Below are positions 9,367-18,424 of a stretch of DNA of 64,000 bases, piece by piece. A program made the position numbers and the translations under genes. The notes below the pieces were generated by a model. That model saw only the letters and a list, made by a program, of their open reading frames with translations. It did not search any database and was not told where the DNA came from. The first letter of the stretch is position 1. Each line of letters begins with the position of its first letter. Location: positions 1 through 64,000 of the forward strand of contig JAQBHB010000068.1 in the NCBI GenBank assembly GCA_032128115.1, in the 5' to 3' direction. Source of the DNA: Deltaproteobacteria bacterium (GTDB lineage Bacteria; Myxococcota_A; UBA9160; SMWR01).

Positions 9367-12300
9367 CTACGACTGAGCGAGCTCGACCGTCAGCTGCTCC
9401 GCACGCGCGCTCGCTCCCATCTCGGCCAGCAGGTCCCTTGCAGCTTCGAGTTCGCTTCGGCGCTTCGAGTCGTCACCCACTTCGCCGGCGTACGCGGCGT
9501 GCTCGAGGTGGACGAGAGGCTCGTAGCCGCGGGCGTGCTCGCGTGCTGCTGCCAGTGCGCGAGCCAGCGCGGCCTCCACTTCATCAGCTGGCGCCCCGCT
9601 GGCGCGCGTGATCATCGCGTCGACGAGAGCGGCAAACGGCAACTGCAGCCGGCTCTGTTGTTGCTCACCAATCGCCAGCGCGCGGTCGAGTGTCTGGCGT
9701 GCGCGATCGAGTTCGCCCAGCGCGACCAGGACACGGGCGATCCACACGAGCGTGGTCGGCTCTGTTTGCAGAAATGTTCCGGCCTCGTGGGAAATGTCGA
9801 GTGCGCGCTCGAAAGGCAACAACGCTTCACGCCACTCGCCGGCGATCGCGAGGCTGATCCCGAGCGCGCGTTGGGTGAAGATCACGCCGATGTTCGTCGT
9901 CCCGGTCTCCTCGACCCCTGCGGCGCCGCTGCGCGCTTGAGCAATCGCGGTTCGTGAGTCTCCCGTGAAGTGGCAGTGCTCGACGACGAACACCCGCACG
10001 ATGTGGAGGGTGACGCCAGTTGCCTGTAGCGCATTCTCGAAGTCCTGCTCGGCCTCGGTATAGCGTCCAAGGAAGCTCAGCAGGGCGCCGCGCATCCCGA
10101 GCAGCAAGTGGTAGGGTGAGTAACCGACGAGTTTCTGCCCCGCGCCCGGGTCATCGGCGCCCATCGCGATTCCTTCGGTGGCAGCGGCAATCCCATCCGC
10201 CCGATTACCCTCGAAATAGCAGCCGAGAACTCGACCCCAACGCGTCGCGAGCCTCAGCCCCAGGTCTTCTGTGCTGTCGGCCGAACCGACCGCGCGTGTC
10301 AGAAGCGGGTAGGCCTCTGAACCGTGGCCGGTGTAGAGGTTGTAGGCGCCGAATGCGAACAAGGCGAAGGCGGCGGTGCCGGGATCGTTAGTCTCTTCGG
10401 AGAGCTGCATCGATTCGTCGAAAAGTCGTTGTGCCTCGGCGCGTTGAATCCCGGAGCGCAGCCCATACCAGAGGATCTGGTTTCGGAGCAGCGCGGCTTC
10501 GCGCTTGGTATCCTCGGTCGGCCGCAGCCGGTCAACGAGGTGTTGGGCGCGGCGAAAGTGCCGCATTGCGTCTTCGATGCAATGGAAGCCGATCGCCTCG
10601 GCTGCGCGATGGTGCCAGAGCGAGGCCTGTCGTTCGTCACCGGCCTCGTCCCAGTGATGAGCGAGTAGCGCCGCACGTTCCTCGAGCTTCTCGGGGCTCG
10701 CATCCTGGAGCGCTCGCGCGACGCCGGCGTGGGTGCGTCGGCGTCGCGCGCCAAGCTGGGACTTGAGCGCGACTTCTTGTGTGAGCGGGTGTTTGAAGGA
10801 GTACTCGGCCACGGGGTAGAGCGACTCTTCGTAGACGAACTCGGCTGCCCGGAGAACGCCGAGTGCCTCGCTGAGCTCGAGTCGAGGAAGGTCCGCGACC
10901 GCCTCGAGGATCGGTTCCGCGAACTCGTGGCCAATCACCGAGGCAGCCTGCAGCACACGCTTGTCCCGCTCCATCAGCCGATCGATGCGCGCCGATAGCA
11001 GCGAGTGCACATTGGCCGGGATTTCCAGCGTTTCGATCGGAGTGACGAGTCGATACGCGCCACGCGAGCCTTCGAGGTTGCCGGCCTCGATCAGGCCGCG
11101 GACGGTTTCCTCGGCGAAGAACGGGTTGCCGCCGGTTCGATCATGCACGGCGTCGGCCACACCAGACAGGCTGGGGTCGCTGCCAAGGAGACCGTTGATC
11201 AGCTCGCGGATCGCGTCCCCGCCGAGCGGTGCCAGCGGCAACTGGCGGTACCAGGACTTCTGCATCCATGCGGCCTTGTACTCGGGTCGAAAATTAACGA
11301 TCAGCAGGCTCGAGCTACCGGCGATCGCATTGACCCACTCCTCGACCCAGGCCTCGCTGGCGGCGTCGAGCCAATGAAGATCCTCGATGAGGGTCACAGG
11401 CGTGTCGTTCATGGGCGGCCGCTGCACGAGGCTCCGCAGCACGCCGAAGAGCTTGCGTTGCCGCTCTTCGGGCGACATCGAGGCTGCGGGATTGCCGGGA
11501 TCCGGCACGCACAGCAACTCGAAGAGCACTGGCAGCACTTCGCGGTAGCTCTCGTCGAAGAGCAGCATGCGGCCCGCGATCTTCTCTCGCGCGAGGCGCT
11601 CGGGATCACTCGTTTCGATCCCGTAGTACTCGCGGAAGACCTGCAAGATCGGGAGCAGCGAGATGTTCTTCCCATGGGCGGCGCAGTTGCCCTGGAACAC
11701 GCGTGTTCCGCTCGCGCGGCACCGTTCGAGGAATTCGAAGCACAACCGGCTCTTGCCGGTCCCCGCGTCCGCGACCACACCGACGACCTGCCCGTTGCCG
11801 GCCTGCGCCTGCGCGAGAGCAGCCTCGAGCATGTCCATGTCAGTGTCTCGACCCACGAAGCTCGTCAGTCCGCGCGAGCGCGATACATCGAAGCGCGTCT
11901 TCAGCGTCGTCACCTCGCGCAGCTCGCAGACGGGCTCGGGTTCGGCGACTCCCTTGATCGGGAACGTGCCGAGGTCGCGCAGCGTGAAATAGCCCTGCAC
12001 CAGCTGTGCGGTCGCGTTGGCGAGATAGATCGTATCAGGGGAGGCGAGCTCCTGCATGCGAGATGCGAGCCCGACGGTGTGACCCTGAGCGGTGTAGTCC
12101 ATGCGCAGGTCGTCGCCGATCTTCCCGACGATGACATCGCCCGAGTTGAGTCCGATGCGCGTCGAGAAGTTCACGCCGTGCTCGCGCTTGACCTCAGTCG
12201 CGTGCTCCGCGAGACGTTCACGTAGCTCGAGGGCTGCATAGCAGGCACGCAGCGGGTGATCTTCGTGCGAGATCGGCGCGCCGAACAGCGCCATGATGCC

Positions 12301-12786
12301 GTCGCCCGTGTACTGGTTGACGGTGCCCTCGTAGCGATGCACGCGTTCTGCGAGGATCTTGAAGAAATCATCGAGGATGCCGTGCCAGGCCTCCGCGCCG
12401 AGCTGCTGGGACATCTCCATCGAGCTCTTCACGTCCGCGAAGAGCACCGTCACATGCTTTCGCTCGCCCTCGATTGCGCTGCGACTCGTCAGGATCCGAT
12501 CCGCGAGGTGCGCCGGCGTGTATGAGATGGGCGCACGTTCGGGCGAAGCGGCGGTCTCGGGTGTGTCGCGCGGATCCGCTCCGGGCGCCGCGGTCGCAGA
12601 GCCGACCCAGACGAGGACTTTGCCCCCCTCGTCCGCGGCCACACCCTGCACCTCGATCAGCTCTTCCTTGATGTCCTCGAGTGCATCCGCGTCGAGTGAA
12701 AACTGGCGTTGCAGCATGCGATAGGAAACGCGTCCGTTTTCTTCCAGAAAGGCGCGGATCTGGGTGATGATCTCGAGAAGGTTCAT
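9367..12786 (-). CDS. Class III adenylate/guanylate cyclase fused to an AAA/STAND ATPase and TPR-like repeats
   Basis: VTVLFADVKSS, YTGDGIMALFGAP, RIGLNSG; P-loop ADAGTGKSRL; IEDLHWLD; TGGNPFF; FKHPLTQEVA; helical C-terminus. Confidence 0.92.
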   Translation of the reverse strand: MNLLEIITQIRAFLEENGRVSYRMLQRQFSLDADALEDIKEELIEVQGVAADEGGKVLVWVGSATAAPGADPRDTPETAASPERAPISYTPAHLADRILTSRSAIEGERKHVTVLFADVKSSMEMSQQLGAEAWHGILDDFFKILAERVHRYEGTVNQYTGDGIMALFGAPISHEDHPLRACYAALELRERLAEHATEVKREHGVNFSTRIGLNSGDVIVGKIGDDLRMDYTAQGHTVGLASRMQELASPDTIYLANATAQLVQGYFTLRDLGTFPIKGVAEPEPVCELREVTTLKTRFDVSRSRGLTSFVGRDTDMDMLEAALAQAQAGNGQVVGVVADAGTGKSRLCFEFLERCRASGTRVFQGNCAAHGKNISLLPILQVFREYYGIETSDPERLAREKIAGRMLLFDESYREVLPVLFELLCVPDPGNPAASMSPEERQRKLFGVLRSLVQRPPMNDTPVTLIEDLHWLDAASEAWVEEWVNAIAGSSSLLIVNFRPEYKAAWMQKSWYRQLPLAPLGGDAIRELINGLLGSDPSLSGVADAVHDRTGGNPFFAEETVRGLIEAGNLEGSRGAYRLVTPIETLEIPANVHSLLSARIDRLMERDKRVLQAASVIGHEFAEPILEAVADLPRLELSEALGVLRAAEFVYEESLYPVAEYSFKHPLTQEVALKSQLGARRRRTHAGVARALQDASPEKLEERAALLAHHWDEAGDERQASLWHHRAAEAIGFHCIEDAMRHFRRAQHLVDRLRPTEDTKREAALLRNQILWYGLRSGIQRAEAQRLFDESMQLSEETNDPGTAAFALFAFGAYNLYTGHGSEAYPLLTRAVGSADSTEDLGLRLATRWGRVLGCYFEGNRADGIAAATEGIAMGADDPGAGQKLVGYSPYHLLLGMRGALLSFLGRYTEAEQDFENALQATGVTLHIVRVFVVEHCHFTGDSRTAIAQARSGAAGVEETGTTNIGVIFTQRALGISLAIAGEWREALLPFERALDISHEAGTFLQTEPTTLVWIARVLVALGELDRARQTLDRALAIGEQQQSRLQLPFAALVDAMITRASGAPADEVEAALARALAAAREHARGYEPLVHLEHAAYAGEVGDDSKRRSELEAARDLLAEMGASARAEQLTVELAQS

Positions 12787-13153
12787 GAATCCTCGGCAGA
12801 TGGGTGTCGCAACGGTGCCACGAAGTCGGGGTTACGGGAAATGCTTCTTCTTCAGATCGCTGCCTGAAGGGTGGGGGAAAGCCTAGCCGTTTCCGGTTGG
12901 GTTCCAAGCACCCTTCCGGCTTGGCCCGGTGCTCGTCATTCCCGTGCGAGGGGCTGGCTTCATTCGATGTAGCCGAGGCCTCGCAGCTGGTCTCTGGATT
13001 GCGGGCTCATGGGTTCCGCTGGGGCGCCCTGCAACGGAACGATCTTCTCCACTCGTTCGAGGGTACGCCGAGCCAGTGTGGGCCTTTCTCCAATCTACTT
13101 GACGAAATGCGTATTATCGGAGATTGCCGAAAACCCAGCTTGTTTTGGCTATA

Positions 13154-13295
13154 CCCCTCGAACTTCGATGGTGCCGGTGGCCTACGCCTGAGTCCGCTCC
13201 GGTTGAACCCGGCGCGGACTCAGGGGTTCAACCGGAGCGTTTCGGGCCGATACCGACGAACGGGAGCGGGGCGGGGCCTCCAGGAATTCGAGGGG
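13154..13295. other. Structured intergenic element with nested and interleaved inverted repeats (possible ncRNA or cis-regulatory RNA)
   Basis: CCTGAGTCCGC 13187-13197 / GCGGACTCAGG 13214-13224; CGCTCCGGTTGAACCC 13195-13210 / GGGTTCAACCGGAGCG 13224-13239; outer CCCCTCGAA 13154-13162 / TTCGAGGGG 13287-13295. Confidence 0.5.
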
Positions 13296-13301
13296 GTTTG
13301 A

Positions 13302-13754
13302 TTGATCCGTATTTTCGTCGATGGCGACGCGTGCCCGGTGAAGGACGAAATCTACGTGGTGGCCACGCGCTACGACGTCCCGGTCGATCTGGTGGCCAAC
13401 GCGCGCATGTTCGTGCCGGATGGCTTCGGTGTCGAGATGATCGTGGTGCCGGAAGGCCCGGATGCGGCCGACGACTGGATCGCCGAGCACGTGCGCGCGT
13501 TCGACGTGGTGATCACAGCGGACATCCCGCTCGCGGCGCGCTGTCTCGAGGCGGGCGCGCTCGTGCTGGGAAACGACGGCCGACCCTTCAGCGAAGATTC
13601 GATCGGGGGCGCCCTGGCTACGCGAGAGATCAAGTCGCAGATGCGGGAGATGGGCCTGCAGTCCGGGGGTCCCCGCGCACTCTCGCCCCGGGATCGCTCC
13701 CGCTTCCAGTCGAAGCTCGACGAGCTGGTGCAGCGGGGCCTGCGCGGGCGCTAG
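13302..13754 (+). CDS. yaiI: YaiI/YqxD (UPF0178) family protein
   Basis: IFVDGDACPVK, DAADDWI, VITADIPLA, GGPRALSPRDRSRF. Confidence 0.92.
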   Translation: MIRIFVDGDACPVKDEIYVVATRYDVPVDLVANARMFVPDGFGVEMIVVPEGPDAADDWIAEHVRAFDVVITADIPLAARCLEAGALVLGNDGRPFSEDSIGGALATREIKSQMREMGLQSGGPRALSPRDRSRFQSKLDELVQRGLRGR

Positions 13755-13763
13755 GATGGCGTC

Positions 13764-14540
13764 ATGCCCGACCTCCTCTGCGACGTCAAGGATCAGATCG
13801 CCACCGTTACCCTGAATCGCCCCGACCGGCTCAACGCCATCACGGGCGAGATGCTTCGGGGTCTTTCGGAAACCCTGCGCACGTGCGACCAGGACGCGGA
13901 CGTGCGCGTGATCGTGCTGACGGGTGCCGGCCGCGGTTTCTGCGCCGGCCTCGACCTGAAGGACGTGGGCAGCGGCGCCGCCGACCCCTCCGCCGCGGCC
14001 GGTGCCATGAAGATCGGCGAGATGCCGCCGTTCGTGCTGCACCGCCTGGACACCCCGGTGATCTGCGCCCTGAACGGTCCCGCATCGGGCTACGGCATGG
14101 ACCTGGCCCTGGGCTGCGATTTCGTGATCGCCTCGGACCAGGCCAGACTGATGCCACCCACGAAGCGCGGCGTCGTGCCCGAGAGCGGTGGCACCTGGCT
14201 GCTGCCGCGCCTGGTGGGCTGGCACAAGGCCTGCGAGATCGTCCTGATGGGTCGCCGCCTGGATGCGACGGAGATCGAACGGCTGGGCCTCGCCAACAAG
14301 GTGGTGCCCCACGAGACTCTCGCCCAGGAGGTGCAGGCCTGGGCCGAGGAGCTGGCCGGCAACGCCCCCCTGGCCGTGTCCGCCGCCAAGCGCAGCATGC
14401 GTCTGGGACTCGAGTCGAGCTTCGACGCAAACGCCTATCACGTCATGGCCGAACTGCTGCAGCTGTTCGGAAGCGACGACTTCCGCGAAGGCGTCGCATC
14501 GTTCCTGGAGAAGCGCGAGCCCCGGTTCAAGGGGCGCTGA
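13764..14540 (+). CDS. Enoyl-CoA hydratase/isomerase family protein
   Basis: TLNRPDRLNA, GAGRGFCAGLDL, NGPASGYG, DFREGVASFLEKREPRFKG. Confidence 0.93.
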   Translation: MPDLLCDVKDQIATVTLNRPDRLNAITGEMLRGLSETLRTCDQDADVRVIVLTGAGRGFCAGLDLKDVGSGAADPSAAAGAMKIGEMPPFVLHRLDTPVICALNGPASGYGMDLALGCDFVIASDQARLMPPTKRGVVPESGGTWLLPRLVGWHKACEIVLMGRRLDATEIERLGLANKVVPHETLAQEVQAWAEELAGNAPLAVSAAKRSMRLGLESSFDANAYHVMAELLQLFGSDDFREGVASFLEKREPRFKGR

Positions 14541-14545
14541 CGCAA

Positions 14546-14590
14546 GCGGGCCAAAGGCCCGCGCGCAGCGAGCCGCAGGCGAGCGCAGCT
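14546..14590. repeat. REP-like hairpin element between convergent genes
   Basis: GCGGGCC-AAA-GGCCCGC hairpin (14546-14562) followed by GCGCAGCGAGCCGCAGGCGAGCG. Single copy in this window; genome-wide repetition is inferred. Confidence 0.5.
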
Positions 14591-14603
14591 CCAGGATGCG
14601 TGC

Positions 14604-15356
14604 TCAGGCGACCGAGTAGCCGCCGTCCACGTTGAGGGTCTGACCCGTCACGAAGCGGGCACCCGCGCTGGCGAGGAACAAGACGGCGGGCGCCACGTCT
14701 TCCGGCGTGCCCCAGCGGCCCATGGGGGTGCGGCCGATCTGGGGGTCCTCCAGCGCCGGCACGCCCTTCATGACCGCCGTCATGTTGCTCTCGATCAATC
14801 CCGGGGCCACGGCGTTCACGCGGATGCCTTCGCCCACCCAGGCCACCGCCAGGTTCTTGGTCATCTGCACCACGCCCGCCTTGGCGGCACCGTATCCCGG
14901 CACGATGGGAACCGCCACGAACGCGGACATGGACGCCAGGTTCACGATGCTGCCACCGCCTTCCGCGCAGCTGGCCGCGAGCTTCTGCTTGCAAGCGAGC
15001 GCCATCCGGAACGAGCCGAACAGGTTGATGGCCACCGACTCCTCGAAGACCTCAGGCTCCCATTCGTTGCGGCCCCCGGGCAGGGTCGCGCCGGCGTTGT
15101 TCACGAGTACGTCCAGGCCATCCAGAGCATCGGCCACGCGCAGGATCCCGTCCGCATCGGTCATCTGGAGCGTGTGGTAGTCGTAACCCGAGAGGTCCGC
15201 CTGGTAGTCCCCGGCATTCGCGCGCGTGCCTGTGATGCTGACCCGGGCGCCGGCTTCGCGAAACGCCCGGGCAATTCCGGCGCCGATCCCACTGGAACCC
15301 CCTGTCACCAGCACCCGCGTCCCGGCAAATTCGTATCGGATCGATCCGCTGCCCAT
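14604..15356 (-). CDS. SDR family oxidoreductase
   Basis: TGGSSGIG, NNAG, YGAAK, VNAVAPG, VDGG. Confidence 0.94.
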   Translation of the reverse strand: MGSGSIRYEFAGTRVLVTGGSSGIGAGIARAFREAGARVSITGTRANAGDYQADLSGYDYHTLQMTDADGILRVADALDGLDVLVNNAGATLPGGRNEWEPEVFEESVAINLFGSFRMALACKQKLAASCAEGGGSIVNLASMSAFVAVPIVPGYGAAKAGVVQMTKNLAVAWVGEGIRVNAVAPGLIESNMTAVMKGVPALEDPQIGRTPMGRWGTPEDVAPAVLFLASAGARFVTGQTLNVDGGYSVA

Positions 15357-15359
15357 GAT

Positions 15360-16616
15360 CTAGCCCGCCTCCACCTTCACCGGAAAACGCTCGAAGTAGA
15401 ACGCGAAGCGCTCTCGCAAGGCGTCGCGATCCACCCCGAAGTCGCCCTTCAGGTCGTAGACGATGCGCCCGTGCACACCCCGGGGATTGTCCGCCAGAAA
15501 ACGCTCCAGCGATCCCCGCGCCTCGTCCGTCAGGGGAAGATCTGCAAGTTCGTAGACGCGTCTCACCATGGCCATGTCGTCGGCCATGAACTCGTGGAAG
15601 AGCACGTCGAGACTCCGGTCGGCGGGAACCCGGTCGCGATCGCCCACGCAGGCCCGCAGCAGCCGCTCGATCCGGTCGATCCAGTAGGCCGCCACGGCAG
15701 GCGGGTCGACCCGGGTGCGGCGCACCCGATCGCCATAGCAGAGCATCGTGACGGCCGAGGCGATCACCGAGACGGGATCCCGGTGGGTGAGGACCACCGT
15801 GGCGTCGGGAAAGGTCTCCATCAACGGACCCAGCTGCTCCATGTGTTGGGGCGACTTCAGGATCCAGCGACTCGGCCCCCGCATCCACTGCAGGGCCCGC
15901 AGCACGTTGCTCATGTAGCGGTACGAGGGCCGCTGGTCCTCGGCCAGATAGGTGTCGCGCCAACGGGGCACGGTGGCGATCCACTCCAGCTCGTACGACG
16001 AGAAGTCCAGGCACTGCAGCTCGATCTCTTCGTGCACGTGCTCCGGCGCCATGTCGTGCATGTTCTTCAGCAGCGGCATCATGAGGTCCTGCTGGGCGTA
16101 GTTCTCGCGGCAGCGCGCAAGCCGCGGATCGACCCCGTCCTTCCCGGGCGCCTCCCCGGGGATCGGAATCGGCTCGACGCTCTCCCAGTAGGGCAGCGAC
16201 CGCAGGCGCGAATCGGCGGCGATCAGGTTCAGCAGATGGGTCGTTCCGGAGCGCGGCAGGCCCGCGATGATGATCGGGCGCTCGATCGCAACGTCCAGGA
16301 TCTCCGGGTGGCGCTCGAGCAGGTCTTCGAAGCGCAGGCGGTTGCTTGCGTAGCGCGTGATGTCGCGAAACACGCCGATGCGGCCCACGGGACCCAGCTC
16401 TGCGTCCTCGTTCACGGCCCGCAGCCATACAGCCAGACGCGCGCGAAAGTCGTCGTCTCCGAAATCGCTGAGCCCCGTGCGCCGGCACGCCTCCGAAAGC
16501 ACCGCCTCCTCGCTGAACTCGACGGAGACCCCGGCCACCGCCTTCAATGTGGCCCGCTGCACCGGCGTGAGCTGGGGGTTCGCAAGGTCATCGATGCGGA
16601 TGTCGGGCGCCGCCAT
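15360..16616 (-). CDS. Sulfotransferase family protein (mycobacterial type)
   Basis: ATG 16616 overlaps the upstream TGA; PAPS motif GLPRSGTTHL; WILKSPQH; THRDP. Confidence 0.9.
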   Translation of the reverse strand: MAAPDIRIDDLANPQLTPVQRATLKAVAGVSVEFSEEAVLSEACRRTGLSDFGDDDFRARLAVWLRAVNEDAELGPVGRIGVFRDITRYASNRLRFEDLLERHPEILDVAIERPIIIAGLPRSGTTHLLNLIAADSRLRSLPYWESVEPIPIPGEAPGKDGVDPRLARCRENYAQQDLMMPLLKNMHDMAPEHVHEEIELQCLDFSSYELEWIATVPRWRDTYLAEDQRPSYRYMSNVLRALQWMRGPSRWILKSPQHMEQLGPLMETFPDATVVLTHRDPVSVIASAVTMLCYGDRVRRTRVDPPAVAAYWIDRIERLLRACVGDRDRVPADRSLDVLFHEFMADDMAMVRRVYELADLPLTDEARGSLERFLADNPRGVHGRIVYDLKGDFGVDRDALRERFAFYFERFPVKVEAG

Positions 16617-17905
16617 CAGCCGCCGTGCTCGGGATCCGGACCCGCGCCTGCCAACAGCTGGCGCAGGTGTCCGGCTTGCATGCGAAGCCAGGAGGAAAGC
16701 CAGAAGTTTTCGCTCTCGGAGTCGAGCTGCTCGTGGGCGGCCAGGCTCGCCTCGAGAGCGCCGCGGTGCAGCGGCTCGGCGTGGAGCGCCACCTCGGCCA
16801 GCTGGATGGCCTCCACGGGCCGGCCGGCGGCCAGCTTTTCCCGGGCGCGTTTGGCCAGCGCGTCCGGGCCGCCTGCCAACTCCACCAGATCCGTGTGCAC
16901 GGCGGTCGGCGGCTGGGAATACAGCTCCGTAGTCGAGCGGTGGTGGAACCAGCCCGCATAGTTCTCCCAGATCGCCCGCACACTCCACGAAACCTTGCCG
17001 TAGCCCTCGCCCACCTGGAGGTCGGGCGGAAGCTCGATCTCCTGCATCAGGGTGTAGGGATCCTTGTGATCGTTCATTCCCTTCACCGTCTCGTCGTGCA
17101 CGTAGAGAACGGCCGCGCGCAGCCGCTCGAGCTCGGCGCGAATCAGGGCCCGTCCCTCGATGGGACCGTGGTGACCCACCAGCAGCAGCTCCGGCTCGAG
17201 GGCCCGCACGCGATCCAGCGATTCCACGAAGCGCAGCGCGTCGCGGTAGCGATCGCCCCGGATCGTCACCAGGTTCGGGAAATGCCCGAAGAGGGCGCTG
17301 AACAGGTTGCCTGCAAAGCAAACCTCGCGGTCGGGCATCCACACCACCATGGAGTCGACGGTTTCGCCGCCGGGAGTCGAGATCAGCTCGAAACGCTCGC
17401 CGCCCAGCTCGAACGCGTAGCGATCCTCGAAGGTGATGGTGGGCGCAGGCTTCGATTGGGCCACGCCCCCGGCGCCGCCGCCGGCCTTCATGTGGCGCAG
17501 TGCCTTTCCGATGGCCTCGCCGAACGCGAAGGCGCTGCGCGCCGCCCGGAAGCGCGCGATTCGCTCGTCGTCGGCCTGGTGGGCGGCATTGCCGGCCTGG
17601 GTCACCACCTGGGTGCCCGCCTCCCGGAACATGTCGACGCCGCCCACGTGATCCACGTGGCCCTGGGTCAGCAGGATGTAGCGAACGGGTCCGGCATCCA
17701 CGGCGTCGTAGTTGCGCTTGTGCACGGGGGCCTCGAAGCCCATCCCCGTATTGATCACGACCCGGCCCTCGGAAGTGGCCACCAGATAGGTGTTGGACAG
17801 GCCCTCGGACACGTAGATCCCGTCGCGAACCCGGCGCGCCTCGGGCATGCAGGCCGGCTGGATCTGGAAGCCACCGGGGCGGGAGCGGTAGAGGGGTTCG
17901 ACCAT
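16616..17905 (-). CDS. Alkyl sulfatase-like MBL-fold hydrolase with dimerisation domain
   Basis: TQGHVDHVGG, TPGGETVD, FPNLVTIRGDRYR, VGHHGP, GEGYGKVSWSVRAIWENYAGWF. Confidence 0.87.
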   Translation of the reverse strand: MVEPLYRSRPGGFQIQPACMPEARRVRDGIYVSEGLSNTYLVATSEGRVVINTGMGFEAPVHKRNYDAVDAGPVRYILLTQGHVDHVGGVDMFREAGTQVVTQAGNAAHQADDERIARFRAARSAFAFGEAIGKALRHMKAGGGAGGVAQSKPAPTITFEDRYAFELGGERFELISTPGGETVDSMVVWMPDREVCFAGNLFSALFGHFPNLVTIRGDRYRDALRFVESLDRVRALEPELLLVGHHGPIEGRALIRAELERLRAAVLYVHDETVKGMNDHKDPYTLMQEIELPPDLQVGEGYGKVSWSVRAIWENYAGWFHHRSTTELYSQPPTAVHTDLVELAGGPDALAKRAREKLAAGRPVEAIQLAEVALHAEPLHRGALEASLAAHEQLDSESENFWLSSWLRMQAGHLRQLLAGAGPDPEHGG

Positions 17906-17971
17906 GAAAACGTCACTTCCTTCGCGGGTGGCGCCCCATATAATACGCGCCTACCCGCAGGAGGCATGAAC

Positions 17972-18424
17972 ATGAGCGAGAGCGCGGCGGATCGATTCGG
18001 CCTGGGTGGCGTCGACCAGATCGGATACGTGGTGCGAAGCCTGGAGGCATCGCTTCCCTGCTACGAATCGCTGTTCGGCCCCTTCCAGGTCTACGAAGCG
18101 GCGCTGGAGAAGGCCCTGTTTCGCGGCCGGGAGATCGACTGCCGCCTGAAGATCGCCACCAACAACGCGGGCCCCATCGAGATCGAGCTGATCGAGGTGA
18201 TGGAGGGCGAGACACCCCACAGCGAGCACCTGCGCCAGCACGGCGAGGGTCCCCAACACATCCGTTTCCGGGTGGATGGGCTCGAAGCCAGGATCGAAAG
18301 CATGGAAGCCGAGGGCTACCGCAACATCTTCTTCAAGCGATTCGGGCCCGACACGGCCTTCTCGTACCTGGAATCCCCCAAGGAGATGGGCGGCAAGATC
18401 ATCGAGCTGCTGGAGATGCCTTAG
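17972..18424 (+). CDS. VOC family (glyoxalase/methylmalonyl-CoA epimerase-like) protein
   Basis: AGGAGG RBS; DQIGYVV, IELIE, HGEGPQHIRF, IIELLE. Confidence 0.87.
   Translation: MSESAADRFGLGGVDQIGYVVRSLEASLPCYESLFGPFQVYEAALEKALFRGREIDCRLKIATNNAGPIEIELIEVMEGETPHSEHLRQHGEGPQHIRFRVDGLEARIESMEAEGYRNIFFKRFGPDTAFSYLESPKEMGGKIIELLEMP

Noticed and set aside
13154..13295. Assignment as 6S RNA
   Set aside because: TTGAACC/GGTTCAA and CGGCAC resemble 6S motifs, but the element is short and I cannot build the central bubble; left unassigned pending an Rfam scan.
12804..13301. 165-aa ORF upstream of yaiI
   Set aside because: Atypical codon usage, no motifs, and it runs through the inverted-repeat element.
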